A DNA stretch of 27,153 bases, taken from the IMG/VR virus record IMGVR_UViG_3300033555_000019, positions 1-27,153 of that record, one strand, 5' to 3'. The translations under genes and the position numbers were made by a program. The notes under the pieces are model-generated. The model worked only from the letters and a program-made list of their open reading frames with translations. It ran no database searches and had not been told where the DNA came from. Below, piece after piece: positions 1 through 8,829 of the stretch (within the stretch, counting starts at the first letter, position 1; each line of letters begins with the position of its first letter). The stretch is from a virus (lineage: Duplodnaviria > Caudoviricetes).

Positions 1-123
1 GGTAAAGATATGTGGGGAAATCACTACGCTGATATTACCAACAGTAAAATTGTTGGCTACAACCAAGCCCTAACCGACACCACCGCCCTACTAGCCAAGG
101 CTGTTAGAGAGTTACGGGAATAA
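1..123 (+). CDS. 3' end of a small hypothetical phage protein (partial)
   Basis: Open frame from base 1, GKDMWGNHYADITNSKIVGYNQALTDTTALLAKAVRELRE, ending at TAA 121-123. Confidence 0.6.
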   Translation, partial: GKDMWGNHYADITNSKIVGYNQALTDTTALLAKAVRELRE

Positions 124-144
124 AGCTAATAGCATAAGCAAGTA

Positions 145-173
145 TAGACATAAGCAACATTAAGTAGTAAGGT
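145..173 (+). promoter_or_regulatory. Putative sigma70-like promoter upstream of terS
   Basis: TAGACA (145-150), 17-nt spacer, TAAGGT (168-173). Direct repeat CATAAGCAA at 133-141 and 149-157, the second copy overlapping the -35. Confidence 0.5.
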
Positions 174-182
174 GGCAGGACA

Positions 183-614
183 ATGGCAGAGGGCGAAATA
201 GTACGACAGCGGAGAGAGGGCAGACCGCTCTTGTTCAGCACTGTCCAAGAGTTAGAAACCAAGCTCGATGATTACTTTGAAACAATGAAAACAACCCGTG
301 ATATACCAACAATAACAGGTATGGCAGTCCATCTTGACGTTGATAGAAAAACATTATTAAACTATTCTAATAAGGACGAGTTTTTCCCCGCATTAAAAAG
401 AGCCAAGGCTAAATGTGAGGCAGCTTTAGAGAGCAGGGCGCTGTTAGGTGGCTTGAATCCAGCTATGACAATCTTCAGTTTAAAGAACAATTATGGCTGG
501 GTAGATAAGCAAGAAGTCGCTAATACGCATGAGGTTGTACAGCCGATACTTGGCGGGCTGACTAAGAAGATTGAGGATAGCAGTGCCATACACAGCCACC
601 CAGACGACCTATAA
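183..614 (+). CDS. terS: Terminase small subunit (P22 gp3-like DNA packaging protein)
   Basis: GRP..F, PTITGMAVHLDVDRKTLLNY (HTH) and IFSLKNNYGW motifs; lies directly upstream of terL. Confidence 0.9.
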   Translation: MAEGEIVRQRREGRPLLFSTVQELETKLDDYFETMKTTRDIPTITGMAVHLDVDRKTLLNYSNKDEFFPALKRAKAKCEAALESRALLGGLNPAMTIFSLKNNYGWVDKQEVANTHEVVQPILGGLTKKIEDSSAIHSHPDDL

Positions 615-1755
615 GCTGTTAAACATGAAGCAACGTATCAGGGCAGTTGCCGGTGGTACCAGTGCTGGTAAGACGATCAGCATACTCCAGCTGTTACTTG
701 ATGACGCTCAAAGTGATACTAAGCCAACATTAACAAGCATAGTCAGTGAGAGTTTTCCACACCTAAGACGAGGTGTTATGCGTGACTTCCTAGCTATCAT
801 GCAGGAACACGGTTACTTTAAAGATGATCGCTGGAGTAAGACTGATTACACCTATACGTTTGAATCAGGCAGTAAGATAGAGTTCTTCTCTGCTGACCAA
901 CCAAGCAAGGTACGCGGACCAAGGCGTGACCGACTGTTTATCAATGAGGCTAACAACATACCGCATGAAGCCTTTGACCAGTTAGCCGTGCGTACCAAGG
1001 AGTACATCTGGCTGGACTGGAACCCGACCAATGAGTTCTGGTTCTATGAGGATATACAAGGCAAGCGTAAGGACATGGACTTTATCACTGTCACTTATAA
1101 GGACAATGAAGCCTTGCACCCGAACATCGTGGCTGACATCGAGAGTCACCGTGAGAACAAAGCCTGGTGGCAAGTCTACGGCTTAGGTCAGCTAGGACAA
1201 GTGGAGTCCAAGATATTCAGCAACTGGAAGATAGTTGACGCTGTACCGCATGAGGCTCGGCTGGAACGCTATGGACTGGACTTCGGCTATAGTAATGACC
1301 CAAGCGCCCTAGTTGCGATCTACTACTACAACGGTGGTTACATACTAGATGAGATTACCTACCAGAAAGGTCTTAGTAACAAGCAGATAGCCGACATAGT
1401 AAACAACCAGCCTAAAGCGCTAGTCATGGCTGACAGTGCTGAACCTAAGAGCATTGATGAACTACGCCTGTATGGTGTCAATGTACTAGCCGTAACCAAA
1501 GGCCAAGGCAGTGTCAATCAGGGTATCCAGTACGTCCAAGACCAGCAGATCAGCATTACTAAGCGGAGTATCAACGGTATCAAGGAGTATCGTAACTACT
1601 TATGGCAGACAGACAAGGAAGGTCGTATCATCAATACACCGATAGATATGTTCAACCACTTCATTGACGCTACCCGCTACGGCTTTGAATCACTGCGGCC
1701 TAAGACACAGGTACATAACCGACCTAAGCCACAACGAATGAAGTTCCATGTCTAA
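583..1755 (+). CDS. terL: Terminase large subunit, PBSX/Terminase_3 family
   Basis: Walker A GGTSAGKT, Walker B LFINEA, DWNP coupling motif, nuclease motifs GLDFGYSND, DSAEP and NHFIDATRYG. Start placed at GTG 583 (GAGG at 573-576) rather than TTG 571. Confidence 0.95.
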   Translation: MPYTATQTTYKLLNMKQRIRAVAGGTSAGKTISILQLLLDDAQSDTKPTLTSIVSESFPHLRRGVMRDFLAIMQEHGYFKDDRWSKTDYTYTFESGSKIEFFSADQPSKVRGPRRDRLFINEANNIPHEAFDQLAVRTKEYIWLDWNPTNEFWFYEDIQGKRKDMDFITVTYKDNEALHPNIVADIESHRENKAWWQVYGLGQLGQVESKIFSNWKIVDAVPHEARLERYGLDFGYSNDPSALVAIYYYNGGYILDEITYQKGLSNKQIADIVNNQPKALVMADSAEPKSIDELRLYGVNVLAVTKGQGSVNQGIQYVQDQQISITKRSINGIKEYRNYLWQTDKEGRIINTPIDMFNHFIDATRYGFESLRPKTQVHNRPKPQRMKFHV

Positions 1756-1930
1756 GTTACTAGGAGAAGTCACCATAGTCTGTAGCACCTGCGACTACTA
1801 TCCGAGCGGTAATATCGGCAGTACGACCACCAGTGACTACGAGAGTGACCCAGAACAAGCTGTCTACCTGTTAAACCATATCAGAACACATGACGGACAT
1901 ACATTAACTGTGACTTATAAGGGGGCATAA
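1748..1930 (+). CDS. Small hypothetical protein with CxxC...HxxxH (C2H2-like zinc-binding motif)
   Basis: CSTC and LLNHIRTH; overlaps the terL stop and is coupled to the next gene by TAATG. Confidence 0.6.
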   Translation: MSKLLGEVTIVCSTCDYYPSGNIGSTTTSDYESDPEQAVYLLNHIRTHDGHTLTVTYKGA

Positions 1931-2193
1931 TGGATTACGGTAAGAAGATAACCTACAATACATACGAAGACGGGCTAACAGAGATAACGTCTGAAAGCTC
2001 AGAACACGGTAAAGTTACTAAGACACAGGTAGAGTACGAGATACCAGTACCATCTAATCAAGCGGAGATACTTAAAGACCTGATCGACGCCTTAACACCA
2101 CTGACTAAGGGTGAGAGTAACAAGCTACTGCTTGAGATACGAGTAAACGATAAAGGACACTGGAAGATGATTAAGCGCTGGAGAGCTAACTAA
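1930..2193 (+). CDS. Hypothetical protein (87 aa)
   Basis: TAATG coupling, AAGGGGG upstream, same strand as the operon. Confidence 0.7.
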   Translation: MDYGKKITYNTYEDGLTEITSESSEHGKVTKTQVEYEIPVPSNQAEILKDLIDALTPLTKGESNKLLLEIRVNDKGHWKMIKRWRAN

Positions 2194-2196
2194 TAT

Positions 2197-2463
2197 ATGA
2201 ATGACTACAGTAACGCCCTAGATATAACCAAGCACAGTAGCGTACTAAGCAAGGACGCCTTAAAGGTACAGATAATAGCTGACGTCCGAGCTACCCAGTC
2301 CGGTATGCTGATTGTACCGTTGCCTGACATCTTACTACTGCGCCAAGACCAGTATGATCTACTGATTAAGGACGTTGACGTCAGTGTCATGCCTAGTTCA
2401 GAGGACTTGTTGTACCGCACACCGGACAATGCCATGCACATTAAGCTGAAACGAATACTGTAA
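2197..2463 (+). CDS. Hypothetical protein (88 aa)
   Basis: Starts 3 nt after the previous stop and fills the gap to the portal promoter. Confidence 0.7.
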   Translation: MNDYSNALDITKHSSVLSKDALKVQIIADVRATQSGMLIVPLPDILLLRQDQYDLLIKDVDVSVMPSSEDLLYRTPDNAMHIKLKRIL

Positions 2464-2473
2464 GACTAAATAG

Positions 2474-2506
2474 TTGTCAAGTTACCACAAGCGTGTTAAG
2501 GTAACT
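2474..2506 (+). promoter_or_regulatory. Putative extended -10 sigma70-like promoter with overlapping inverted repeat, upstream of portal
   Basis: TTGTCA (2474-2479), 17-nt spacer, TG (2494-95), TAAGGT (2497-2502). Inverted repeat AGTTACC (2480-2486) / GGTAACT (2500-2506). Confidence 0.6.
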
Positions 2507-2562
2507 CGTATAACGGTCTTGCTGACATTGCTCAGATGACTACCAGAGGACTAACAACAAGC

Positions 2563-4509
2563 GTGGCCTTTCTCGACAAAACCGACCTAAAAGAATTATA
2601 CGAAGATAGTAAAAAAGAAGCCAAGGTCTGGCGTGAGGACTACCCCGCCTTTGAACGCCTAGCTGATAACGGACTAATGGAAGGCTTAGACCCTAATCTA
2701 CCAGAAGTTAATGACGGTTCACTAGCCGCCGCATTGTTTAAGCTACCTAAGCGGATAGTCAGCAGTACTCTTAGCGGTACAGTCAAAGCATTAGACCGTG
2801 ATGAAGCATGGTTAAGTGAACTTGCCAACATGCAGTGGCAGAATGAGATTATTCCGCACGCTAACACCCAAGCCCCATTCAGCCGTAAGTGGAAGGACGC
2901 CGTCCGTAAGGCCGCTACCTATGGTTCAGTACCGTTGGTTACATTGTTCGTTGAGAAAGACGGCAAGCGGAGAGCTGACTTCATAGTTGCCCAGCCCCAG
3001 GACGTAACACTTGAACCCGGCAAGGTATCTGATTACGACTCAGACGCTATTATCTGGGACGTTTATTACACTCGGACACAACTTAAGTCCATGATCGAGG
3101 AAGCTAAGGCGGAGAACAAAGAAAGCCGTGAATCAGACTCAACCAGCTACAACAAGTGGGACATTGAAGCCCTAAGACGCATACTTAAGAGCAAAGGCTT
3201 AGAGGAACGTGATGGTGATGACACACCACGCTCACAGCAGTACAAGGGTGACGTCAAACCAAAGGGCTATAAGTTCTGTATCATCTTCCAACGGGGTATT
3301 GACGCCCCATTCTACATGTACCACAAGCAGACGGACAGTACTGTCCGGGAGTGGAGTAACCCTGACCCGACTGGTGACGTTCCTGTCCACTTCCTGTACT
3401 GCTATCAAGACTTCGTCAACCCTTACGGCATAGGTATCGTCAAGCTAGCCGGTGGTACCCAGAACGTGCTTGATTACATGCGACAGGCTGATGTGCTAGC
3501 CACTCAAATAGGTATCCGACCACCATGGTTGATTGAGGGTGACGCTGATAGTGCTGACCTTGATAGCTTTGCTTACGTCCAGGACGGCATGATATTTGCT
3601 GGTAACGCTAAGGTTAGTCGTATGGAGATGGCTAACGGTATCTATAACCAGATTCCAGCTAGAATGAGCATGTACCAAGCCAGCTTGCAGAAGCTTATCC
3701 CAACTGGTGACACTAGCAGTAGTGCAACTGATAGCGGCGACCCAACCCAGTCTAAGACCCCAGCTGGTGTCAAACTAGCGGCTGCCAACCTAAGCATTGA
3801 TGATGAGGACTTCAAAGACAACCTGTATGTCACCTATGAAGCAGTTGCTAAGTCTATGATCAACACCCACTTCGCCAACATGGAAGGCACTGACCTAATG
3901 AAGTTATCTGATGACGAACGGGAGATACTACTTAAGGGCGGTATGGAGTTCCCAACTGACGAGATGGGTGAGATGAGCAACCAACTAGAGATAGTCTGGG
4001 ACGAAACCCGCGCCACATTCAGCTTTGACGTTGAACCGGAACAAGACAAAGCGGCTGATGACGCTGATAAGCTACAAGGTCTTATGAAGATAGCCGAGTT
4101 AGTCGCAGCTGACCCAATGCTTGACCAGACGCTAGCTATGGCTGGTAAGAAGTTCAATAAGGGCGAGTTATACGCTGAGATTATCGCTTTAACCAGTGAC
4201 AACGACAAGATTATCACTGACATATCACCAGAAGATGAGCAGGCTATGGCTGAACAAGAGGGCATGATTGACCCAGCAACTGGTCTGCCTATGGAACAAC
4301 CGATGGAACAAGGTGCTGAACAGCCTATGCCACAGGAACAAGAGAACCCCGAAGTCATGGCTAATATCCAAGCTGTCATGGAGCAGTACGGTGTCGATGA
4401 GGAAACAGCCTTAACCGCCTTAGCCGCTGAAGCCCAAGGCTTTGCACCAGAAGATGTCGTAGCCCAGATAGAACGCATGAAAGCCCAGCAACAAGGTATG
4501 CCTGTATGA
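2563..4509 (+). CDS. Portal protein (P22-like) with acidic Q/E/P/M-rich C-terminal extension
   Basis: About 650 aa, located between terL and scaffold/capsid; PYGIGIVKL and KTPAGV motifs are portal-like. Likely start GTG 2563 (MAFLDK, GAGGA upstream); the ORF track starts at 2536. Confidence 0.85.
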   Translation: MAFLDKTDLKELYEDSKKEAKVWREDYPAFERLADNGLMEGLDPNLPEVNDGSLAAALFKLPKRIVSSTLSGTVKALDRDEAWLSELANMQWQNEIIPHANTQAPFSRKWKDAVRKAATYGSVPLVTLFVEKDGKRRADFIVAQPQDVTLEPGKVSDYDSDAIIWDVYYTRTQLKSMIEEAKAENKESRESDSTSYNKWDIEALRRILKSKGLEERDGDDTPRSQQYKGDVKPKGYKFCIIFQRGIDAPFYMYHKQTDSTVREWSNPDPTGDVPVHFLYCYQDFVNPYGIGIVKLAGGTQNVLDYMRQADVLATQIGIRPPWLIEGDADSADLDSFAYVQDGMIFAGNAKVSRMEMANGIYNQIPARMSMYQASLQKLIPTGDTSSSATDSGDPTQSKTPAGVKLAAANLSIDDEDFKDNLYVTYEAVAKSMINTHFANMEGTDLMKLSDDEREILLKGGMEFPTDEMGEMSNQLEIVWDETRATFSFDVEPEQDKAADDADKLQGLMKIAELVAADPMLDQTLAMAGKKFNKGELYAEIIALTSDNDKIITDISPEDEQAMAEQEGMIDPATGLPMEQPMEQGAEQPMPQEQENPEVMANIQAVMEQYGVDEETALTALAAEAQGFAPEDVVAQIERMKAQQQGMPV

Positions 4510-4832
4510 GCCGGAATGACGGCGTCCTCTACTCTGGTGCCAGTAGTGCCGCCTTTACGACACCACGGGCCAATGCCACTGCTTTAGCTAAACAGAAAGC
4601 CAGTCAAGACCGTGACCAGACTAGGACTAAGCTACAGCCAGAGGTACAGGAGTTAAACGACTTGATCAGTGCCTATGAGAAGTCCTTAATGGCGGAACTA
4701 GCCCAACTGACTATCGGTATGGACGTAACACCTGAGCGAGTAATAGCGGAACTACGGGCTATACAGATGAACCTGACGTTCGTTAAGACTTTCCGTATCA
4801 GCGTCAACAACCTGATGAGGAAGTCAGCATGA
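4506..4832 (+). CDS. Hypothetical helical protein (108 aa)
   Basis: ATGA-coupled to the portal stop. Confidence 0.75.
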   Translation: MSRNDGVLYSGASSAAFTTPRANATALAKQKASQDRDQTRTKLQPEVQELNDLISAYEKSLMAELAQLTIGMDVTPERVIAELRAIQMNLTFVKTFRISVNNLMRKSA

Positions 4833-5050
4833 ACGATGAGGTAGACAAGCCACCTATGGAGTCATACAAGGAGTTACAAGCCCGTTTAAAGGAGACTAAG
4901 CAGACAAAGGCAGAAGTGTTACAAGAAAGCGGTGGACTGGACTTAGACAACCTACCCACCCAGACCCACAACTTCGTCAAGCGTGGCATAGTCATCAGCT
5001 GTGAAGGAGCCGGACACCCAAACCATAGGCACTTCTTAGTTAATAAGTAA
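4829..5050 (+). CDS. Hypothetical protein with His/Cys C-terminus (possible metal binding)
   Basis: ATGA-coupled; HNFVKRG..ISCEGAGHPNHRH. Confidence 0.7.
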   Translation: MNDEVDKPPMESYKELQARLKETKQTKAEVLQESGGLDLDNLPTQTHNFVKRGIVISCEGAGHPNHRHFLVNK

Positions 5051-5062
5051 GGAACAGCTACT

Positions 5063-5086
5063 TGTCCTCTCTCGGTCGAGAGGGCA
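5063..5086 (+). promoter_or_regulatory. Stem-loop in the scaffold gene leader
   Basis: TGTCCTCTC / GAGAGGGCA 9-bp stem with one G-U pair and loop TCGGTC; no U-tract. Confidence 0.5.
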
Positions 5087-5175
5087 GCTAGGTCTTCCCT
5101 ACGACCAAGGTATCGCTAGCCTTAACTAGTAGAGGTTCGTCACCTATATAACGACAGACTAAACAAAGGAGAAAC

Positions 5176-5967
5176 ATGGCTGATTTATCAACCAATCCTG
5201 CACCACAGGACGACACAGACGCCGAGGTAGAAAGCTTAGATGACACTGACGTCAACTTTGACGACATTGACAACGAGGAAGCTACCGATTCAGACTCAGA
5301 CGATTCATCTGACACCGCAACGGACGATGAGCAGTTAGACGACGAGGACGCCGAGAGTGATCAACAGGACGAAGAAGAATCAGATGACCCGTCGGCGGAC
5401 GATGACACTGATGACACTGACCCTGAGTTGTCGAACGAGCAACAGGAGACTGCTTTCAAGAAGGAGATGTTTGAACGTCGCCAACAAGACAAGCAAGCCC
5501 GTGAAGCCAATATCCGCGACCAGCAACAGGAATACTTAGCCCAAGCGGAGAGTGACGAGAACCTTGCCCTTAGACAACTGCAAATCGACGCTTATGACAA
5601 TAAGGTAGACCGCAACAGCAACAAACTCCAGACCAGCTATGAACGGGCTGTCAAAGACTTCGATGTACTTCGTAGTAATGACCCAGCTATTCAGAGGCGA
5701 CTGGACCGAGCGATTGACGCTTTCCAAGCCCAACACGTTACAGTTGACGCATTCGGCAACCCGACGGACATACGCGCTGACTTGTACCAACATTTACAAG
5801 ATGAAGCCGACTCTATCTCCGAACTGACTGGCATAGGTGCTAGACAGCAAGTTCAGAACAAGACCCGTGAAGGACGTAAGACGACACCGGTTCCAAACCG
5901 TAGTCCAAAGACTCCTAAGGTTGACCCTGACCTTGCCGACTTCCTAGCCGAAGCAGCCAAGTACTAG
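5176..5967 (+). CDS. Capsid scaffolding protein
   Basis: Highly acidic N-terminus, coiled-coil middle, short C-terminal helix; directly upstream of the capsid gene; AAGGAG RBS. Confidence 0.8.
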   Translation: MADLSTNPAPQDDTDAEVESLDDTDVNFDDIDNEEATDSDSDDSSDTATDDEQLDDEDAESDQQDEEESDDPSADDDTDDTDPELSNEQQETAFKKEMFERRQQDKQAREANIRDQQQEYLAQAESDENLALRQLQIDAYDNKVDRNSNKLQTSYERAVKDFDVLRSNDPAIQRRLDRAIDAFQAQHVTVDAFGNPTDIRADLYQHLQDEADSISELTGIGARQQVQNKTREGRKTTPVPNRSPKTPKVDPDLADFLAEAAKY

Positions 5968-5993
5968 AGTCTTAATAACAAGGAACACACACA

Positions 5994-6869
5994 ATGGCTA
6001 TTAACCTAGCAACCAAGTTTGCCTCAGCAACAAGTGACGTACTTAAAGCGACACGCAAATCCAAAGAGTTCACTAATCAGAACTGGAACTGGGACGGCGT
6101 CAACAGCGTTAGCGTTTACACACTAACCAGCCCGACCATGAATACCTATGATCCACTACTGGCAGCCAACCGTTACGGTGCGCTGACAGAAGTACAGGAC
6201 ACGATTCAGACGTTTACGTTGCTTCGTGACCGATCATGGACTAAGACAATCGACAAGAAGAACTACCAAGATACGATGATGATTCGTAAGCCTGGTGCTT
6301 ACCTCGCTCAAGCAACTAGAGAAGTACTTGTCCCAGAAATGGACGCTTACATCTTCAGCACGATCAACACCGCTGCCGGTGTCACCCGTGCAACAGTTGC
6401 CGCAACTCCAGCCGTAGGCAGCTTAAGTGCTGACTCAGGCGTCTTGTCTGGTGCTACCACAACTGGTAACGCTTACAGCAACTTCCTAGCCCTGAACGCT
6501 GACATCACCAACAAAGAGGGTGTCGAAAGCGGCCGTATCGCAGCTATGACAGCTCAGTACTACAACTTGCTTAAGCAGGGTGGTTTCGTACTGAACTCCG
6601 ACTTAGCCTACAAAGACCGTAAGTCTGGTGACTTAGGTGAAGTTGACGGCGTCCGCGTTGTCATCGTTCCTAGCAACCGTCTACCAGTCGCAGTCGACCT
6701 CATCATTGCTCACGCTGATGTGACCTGCGCCCCAGAAAAACTAGTTGACTACACGTTGCACAATAACGCTCCAGGTATCTCAGGTGACTTACTTGAATAC
6801 CGACACCGTTACGACGCATTCATCGACATCAACAAGCTACAGAACATCGCTATCCACAAGACTGCCTAA
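5994..6869 (+). CDS. Major capsid protein (N4-gp56/P22-coat-like, HK97 fold)
   Basis: MAINLATKF start, RYG..TEVQDTIQTFTL.RDRSW..TID, G.LGEVDGVRVVIVP and GDLLEYR..YDAFI motifs; AAGGAA RBS. Confidence 0.88.
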   Translation: MAINLATKFASATSDVLKATRKSKEFTNQNWNWDGVNSVSVYTLTSPTMNTYDPLLAANRYGALTEVQDTIQTFTLLRDRSWTKTIDKKNYQDTMMIRKPGAYLAQATREVLVPEMDAYIFSTINTAAGVTRATVAATPAVGSLSADSGVLSGATTTGNAYSNFLALNADITNKEGVESGRIAAMTAQYYNLLKQGGFVLNSDLAYKDRKSGDLGEVDGVRVVIVPSNRLPVAVDLIIAHADVTCAPEKLVDYTLHNNAPGISGDLLEYRHRYDAFIDINKLQNIAIHKTA

Positions 6870-6878
6870 TAGGTAATC

Positions 6879-6909
6879 TTGGCAGGGGGGAGTAACAGCC
6901 CCCCACCAA
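6879..6909 (+). terminator. G/C stem-loop after the capsid gene (atypical terminator or mRNA stability element)
   Basis: TTGG-CA-GGGGGG, loop AGTAACAG, CCCCCC-A-CCAA; lacks a U-tract. Confidence 0.45.
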
Positions 6910-6932
6910 TTAACCAGTAAGGAATACACATA

Positions 6933-7082
6933 ATGGCCGACAACAAAGATAACGCACCACTACCAGTCCAACGGACACCACTTGACGAAGTTAAAGAGGA
7001 CGCTGAGTTTAACTACAACGAACGCTTACGACAACAGCAAGAGCGTGAACGCCACGAAGAAAACAAGCTTAAGAACAAATAA
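6933..7082 (+). CDS. Small charged protein (49 aa), absent from the ORF track
   Basis: MADNKDNAPLPVQRTPLDEVKEDAEFNYNERLRQQQERERHEENKLKNK; AAGGAA RBS at 6919-6924. Confidence 0.75.
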   Translation: MADNKDNAPLPVQRTPLDEVKEDAEFNYNERLRQQQERERHEENKLKNK

Positions 7083-7089
7083 CAAATCA

Positions 7090-7110
7090 GGGGGTAGAAT
7101 ACCTGCCCCC
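7090..7110 (+). terminator. Second G/C stem-loop (atypical terminator or stability element)
   Basis: GGGGGTAG, loop AATAC, CTGCCCCC; no U-tract. Confidence 0.45.
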
Positions 7111-7126
7111 ACCGACCAAAGGACAC

Positions 7127-8200
7127 ATGGACTTAACCCGACTAGCCGAGATAACCGAGAACCAACGCAAAGACCAACTAGCGCTTGATCGTCACGAGGA
7201 CGTACTAGCCGTCAATGCTAAGACCGCTGACAGCGTTCTAAGTAGTACCGAAGCCTTAATCAACTACCTAGAGGGTCATGTTACTAAGGCTGAGGTCATC
7301 AATCAGTTAGAGAGTATCAGCACACCGGACGTCAAGTATGTCGTCGAAGCCTTACAGGTACTCGACGCTACACTACGCGACCGACCGCTGACTGACCTAA
7401 GTGCTATAACCGAACTGATGGCTAGCTTAGTCGAAGAAGCCAAAGCCATACCTAAGCAACTGCCGACTATACCGGACGCACCCGAGCAAGTTGACTACTC
7501 AGCCCAGTTCCAAGCCCTGACTACTGCTATCCAGGCCGTTGAACAAGTCGTTAAGGAACAGGAGCTGATTGCCGAAGCACCTATCGTCAACGTACCGGAA
7601 ACCAATGTTAATGTCGAAGCACCTAACCTAGTACCGCTTCAGACGTCAATCAAGGCGGTTGTCACGGCTGTTAAGGCGATAACTATCCCGAAGTATGAAA
7701 CTGATAACAAAGAGGTTGAAAAGCTTTTAAAGAAGTCCAATAAGTTACTTAATGATTTACTGGACAAGCCGACTGGTGGGGGCGGTGGTGGTGGCTCAAG
7801 TTGGCCAGCCGTCGGTACAGATGGTAACGCCCAGCCACTTGTCCTAAATGCCAGCGGTGGCTTAGTCGTAGCTGACCCTTACGCTACTTACCTAGTCCAG
7901 TACGCTCCTATATCAATATCGACAATCGGTGACAACACGATAGTTCCAGCCGTAGCTGGCAAGAGCTTGGTCGTCTTATCAGCCAAGGTGACAGCGGCTG
8001 GTACGGTCAACGTCAAGTGGCGCAGTGGTATCACCGACCTTGAGGGCGCTAATCCTTTAGTGGCAAGCTCAGGCTACGTCTTACCAGCTGGTACACCTGG
8101 CTCTGGTGCTTACTTCCCAACCGCCATAGCGGAACCGTTAGTACTTAACCTAAGCGCCGCCGTGCAAGTATCAGGACATATTAGTTATTATGAACAATAA
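7127..8200 (+). CDS. Putative virion structural/head-fibre protein (coiled coil, Gly7 hinge, beta-rich C-domain)
   Basis: Helical N-terminus, APIVNVPETNVNVEAP segment, GGGGGGG linker, beta-rich tail; located after the capsid gene. Confidence 0.55.
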   Translation: MDLTRLAEITENQRKDQLALDRHEDVLAVNAKTADSVLSSTEALINYLEGHVTKAEVINQLESISTPDVKYVVEALQVLDATLRDRPLTDLSAITELMASLVEEAKAIPKQLPTIPDAPEQVDYSAQFQALTTAIQAVEQVVKEQELIAEAPIVNVPETNVNVEAPNLVPLQTSIKAVVTAVKAITIPKYETDNKEVEKLLKKSNKLLNDLLDKPTGGGGGGGSSWPAVGTDGNAQPLVLNASGGLVVADPYATYLVQYAPISISTIGDNTIVPAVAGKSLVVLSAKVTAAGTVNVKWRSGITDLEGANPLVASSGYVLPAGTPGSGAYFPTAIAEPLVLNLSAAVQVSGHISYYEQ

Positions 8201-8211
8201 GGAGTAAGGCA

Positions 8212-8391
8212 ATGGCAGAATCAGTAAGTATCAGACACGAAACCGTAGACGCAGCACCACCCCGCCAAGACTACGAAGTAATAACCGATAGCGGTATATT
8301 TAAAAATGGTAAACTACACGACAAAGGTACACTAATCAGCTTGGACGCCGACACGGCTGCTCGCTTTAAAGAACTAGGTGAAATCAAATGA
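8212..8391 (+). CDS. Small head-associated protein (59 aa), absent from the ORF track
   Basis: MAESVSIRHETVDAAPPRQDYEVITDSGIFKNGKLHDKGTLISLDADTAARFKELGEIK; AAGGAG RBS; ATGA overlap with the next gene. Confidence 0.75.
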   Translation: MAESVSIRHETVDAAPPRQDYEVITDSGIFKNGKLHDKGTLISLDADTAARFKELGEIK

Positions 8392-8828
8392 AACTCAACT
8401 TACACGACATAGCAAACGTCCATATCGTCTTACGCGATCAAGACGGTAACATCAAAGACCAACGGGATATTCATAACCTTGTCGTCACCTCTGGTAAGAA
8501 CCACATCGCTGACCAACTAAAGCTAACCCCAGCCCAAGCTGCTATGAGCCACATGGCTGTCGGTACTGGTGCCTTAGCGGCAGCTGCGGCTGACACGGCT
8601 CTTGGTACTGAACTTGATCGTAACGCCCTTAGTTCCCGAACGGCTGCAACTAACGTCGTCACCTATGTCGGTGACTGGGCTGCCGGTGACGCGACTGGTG
8701 CCTTGACCGAAGCTGGTATCTTTAACGCTGCCACCGTCGGTACAATGCTAGCTCGCACGACTTTCACAGTCGTCAATAAGGGTGCGCTTGATACCCTGCA
8801 AATAACTTGGACACTAACTCTAGGCTAG
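8388..8828 (+). CDS. Tail-collar-fibre-like structural protein
   Basis: NLVVTSG, HMAVGTG, DTALGTEL.R, LTEAGIFNA..GTMLAR and LQITWTLT motifs typical of collar/fibre-base proteins. Confidence 0.7.
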   Translation: MKLNLHDIANVHIVLRDQDGNIKDQRDIHNLVVTSGKNHIADQLKLTPAQAAMSHMAVGTGALAAAAADTALGTELDRNALSSRTAATNVVTYVGDWAAGDATGALTEAGIFNAATVGTMLARTTFTVVNKGALDTLQITWTLTLG

Positions 8829-8829
8829 T

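Noticed and set aside
3834-4478. 214-aa minus-strand ORF, plus the other minus-strand and nested ORFs in the track
   Set aside because: They lie entirely within well-supported + strand genes, are Ser/Ala-rich antisense or off-frame shadows, and show no recognisable motifs.
5051-5175. tRNA gene in the larger intergenic gaps (also 11130-11263)
   Set aside because: No cloverleaf with a proper T-arm and acceptor stem could be built despite a GGTTCG at 5134-5139.
6840-6880. Programmed frameshift or readthrough extending the capsid protein
   Set aside because: Tandem TAA TAG stops and no slippery heptamer near the end of the gene.
6982-7188. 68-aa + strand ORF from the track
   Set aside because: TTG start without an RBS; it overlaps the better-supported 6933-7082 ORF, a hairpin and the 7127 gene.
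7775-7795. GGN run as a contingency (phase-variation) tract
   Set aside because: Mixed Gly codons encoding a Gly7 hinge, not a pure simple-sequence repeat.
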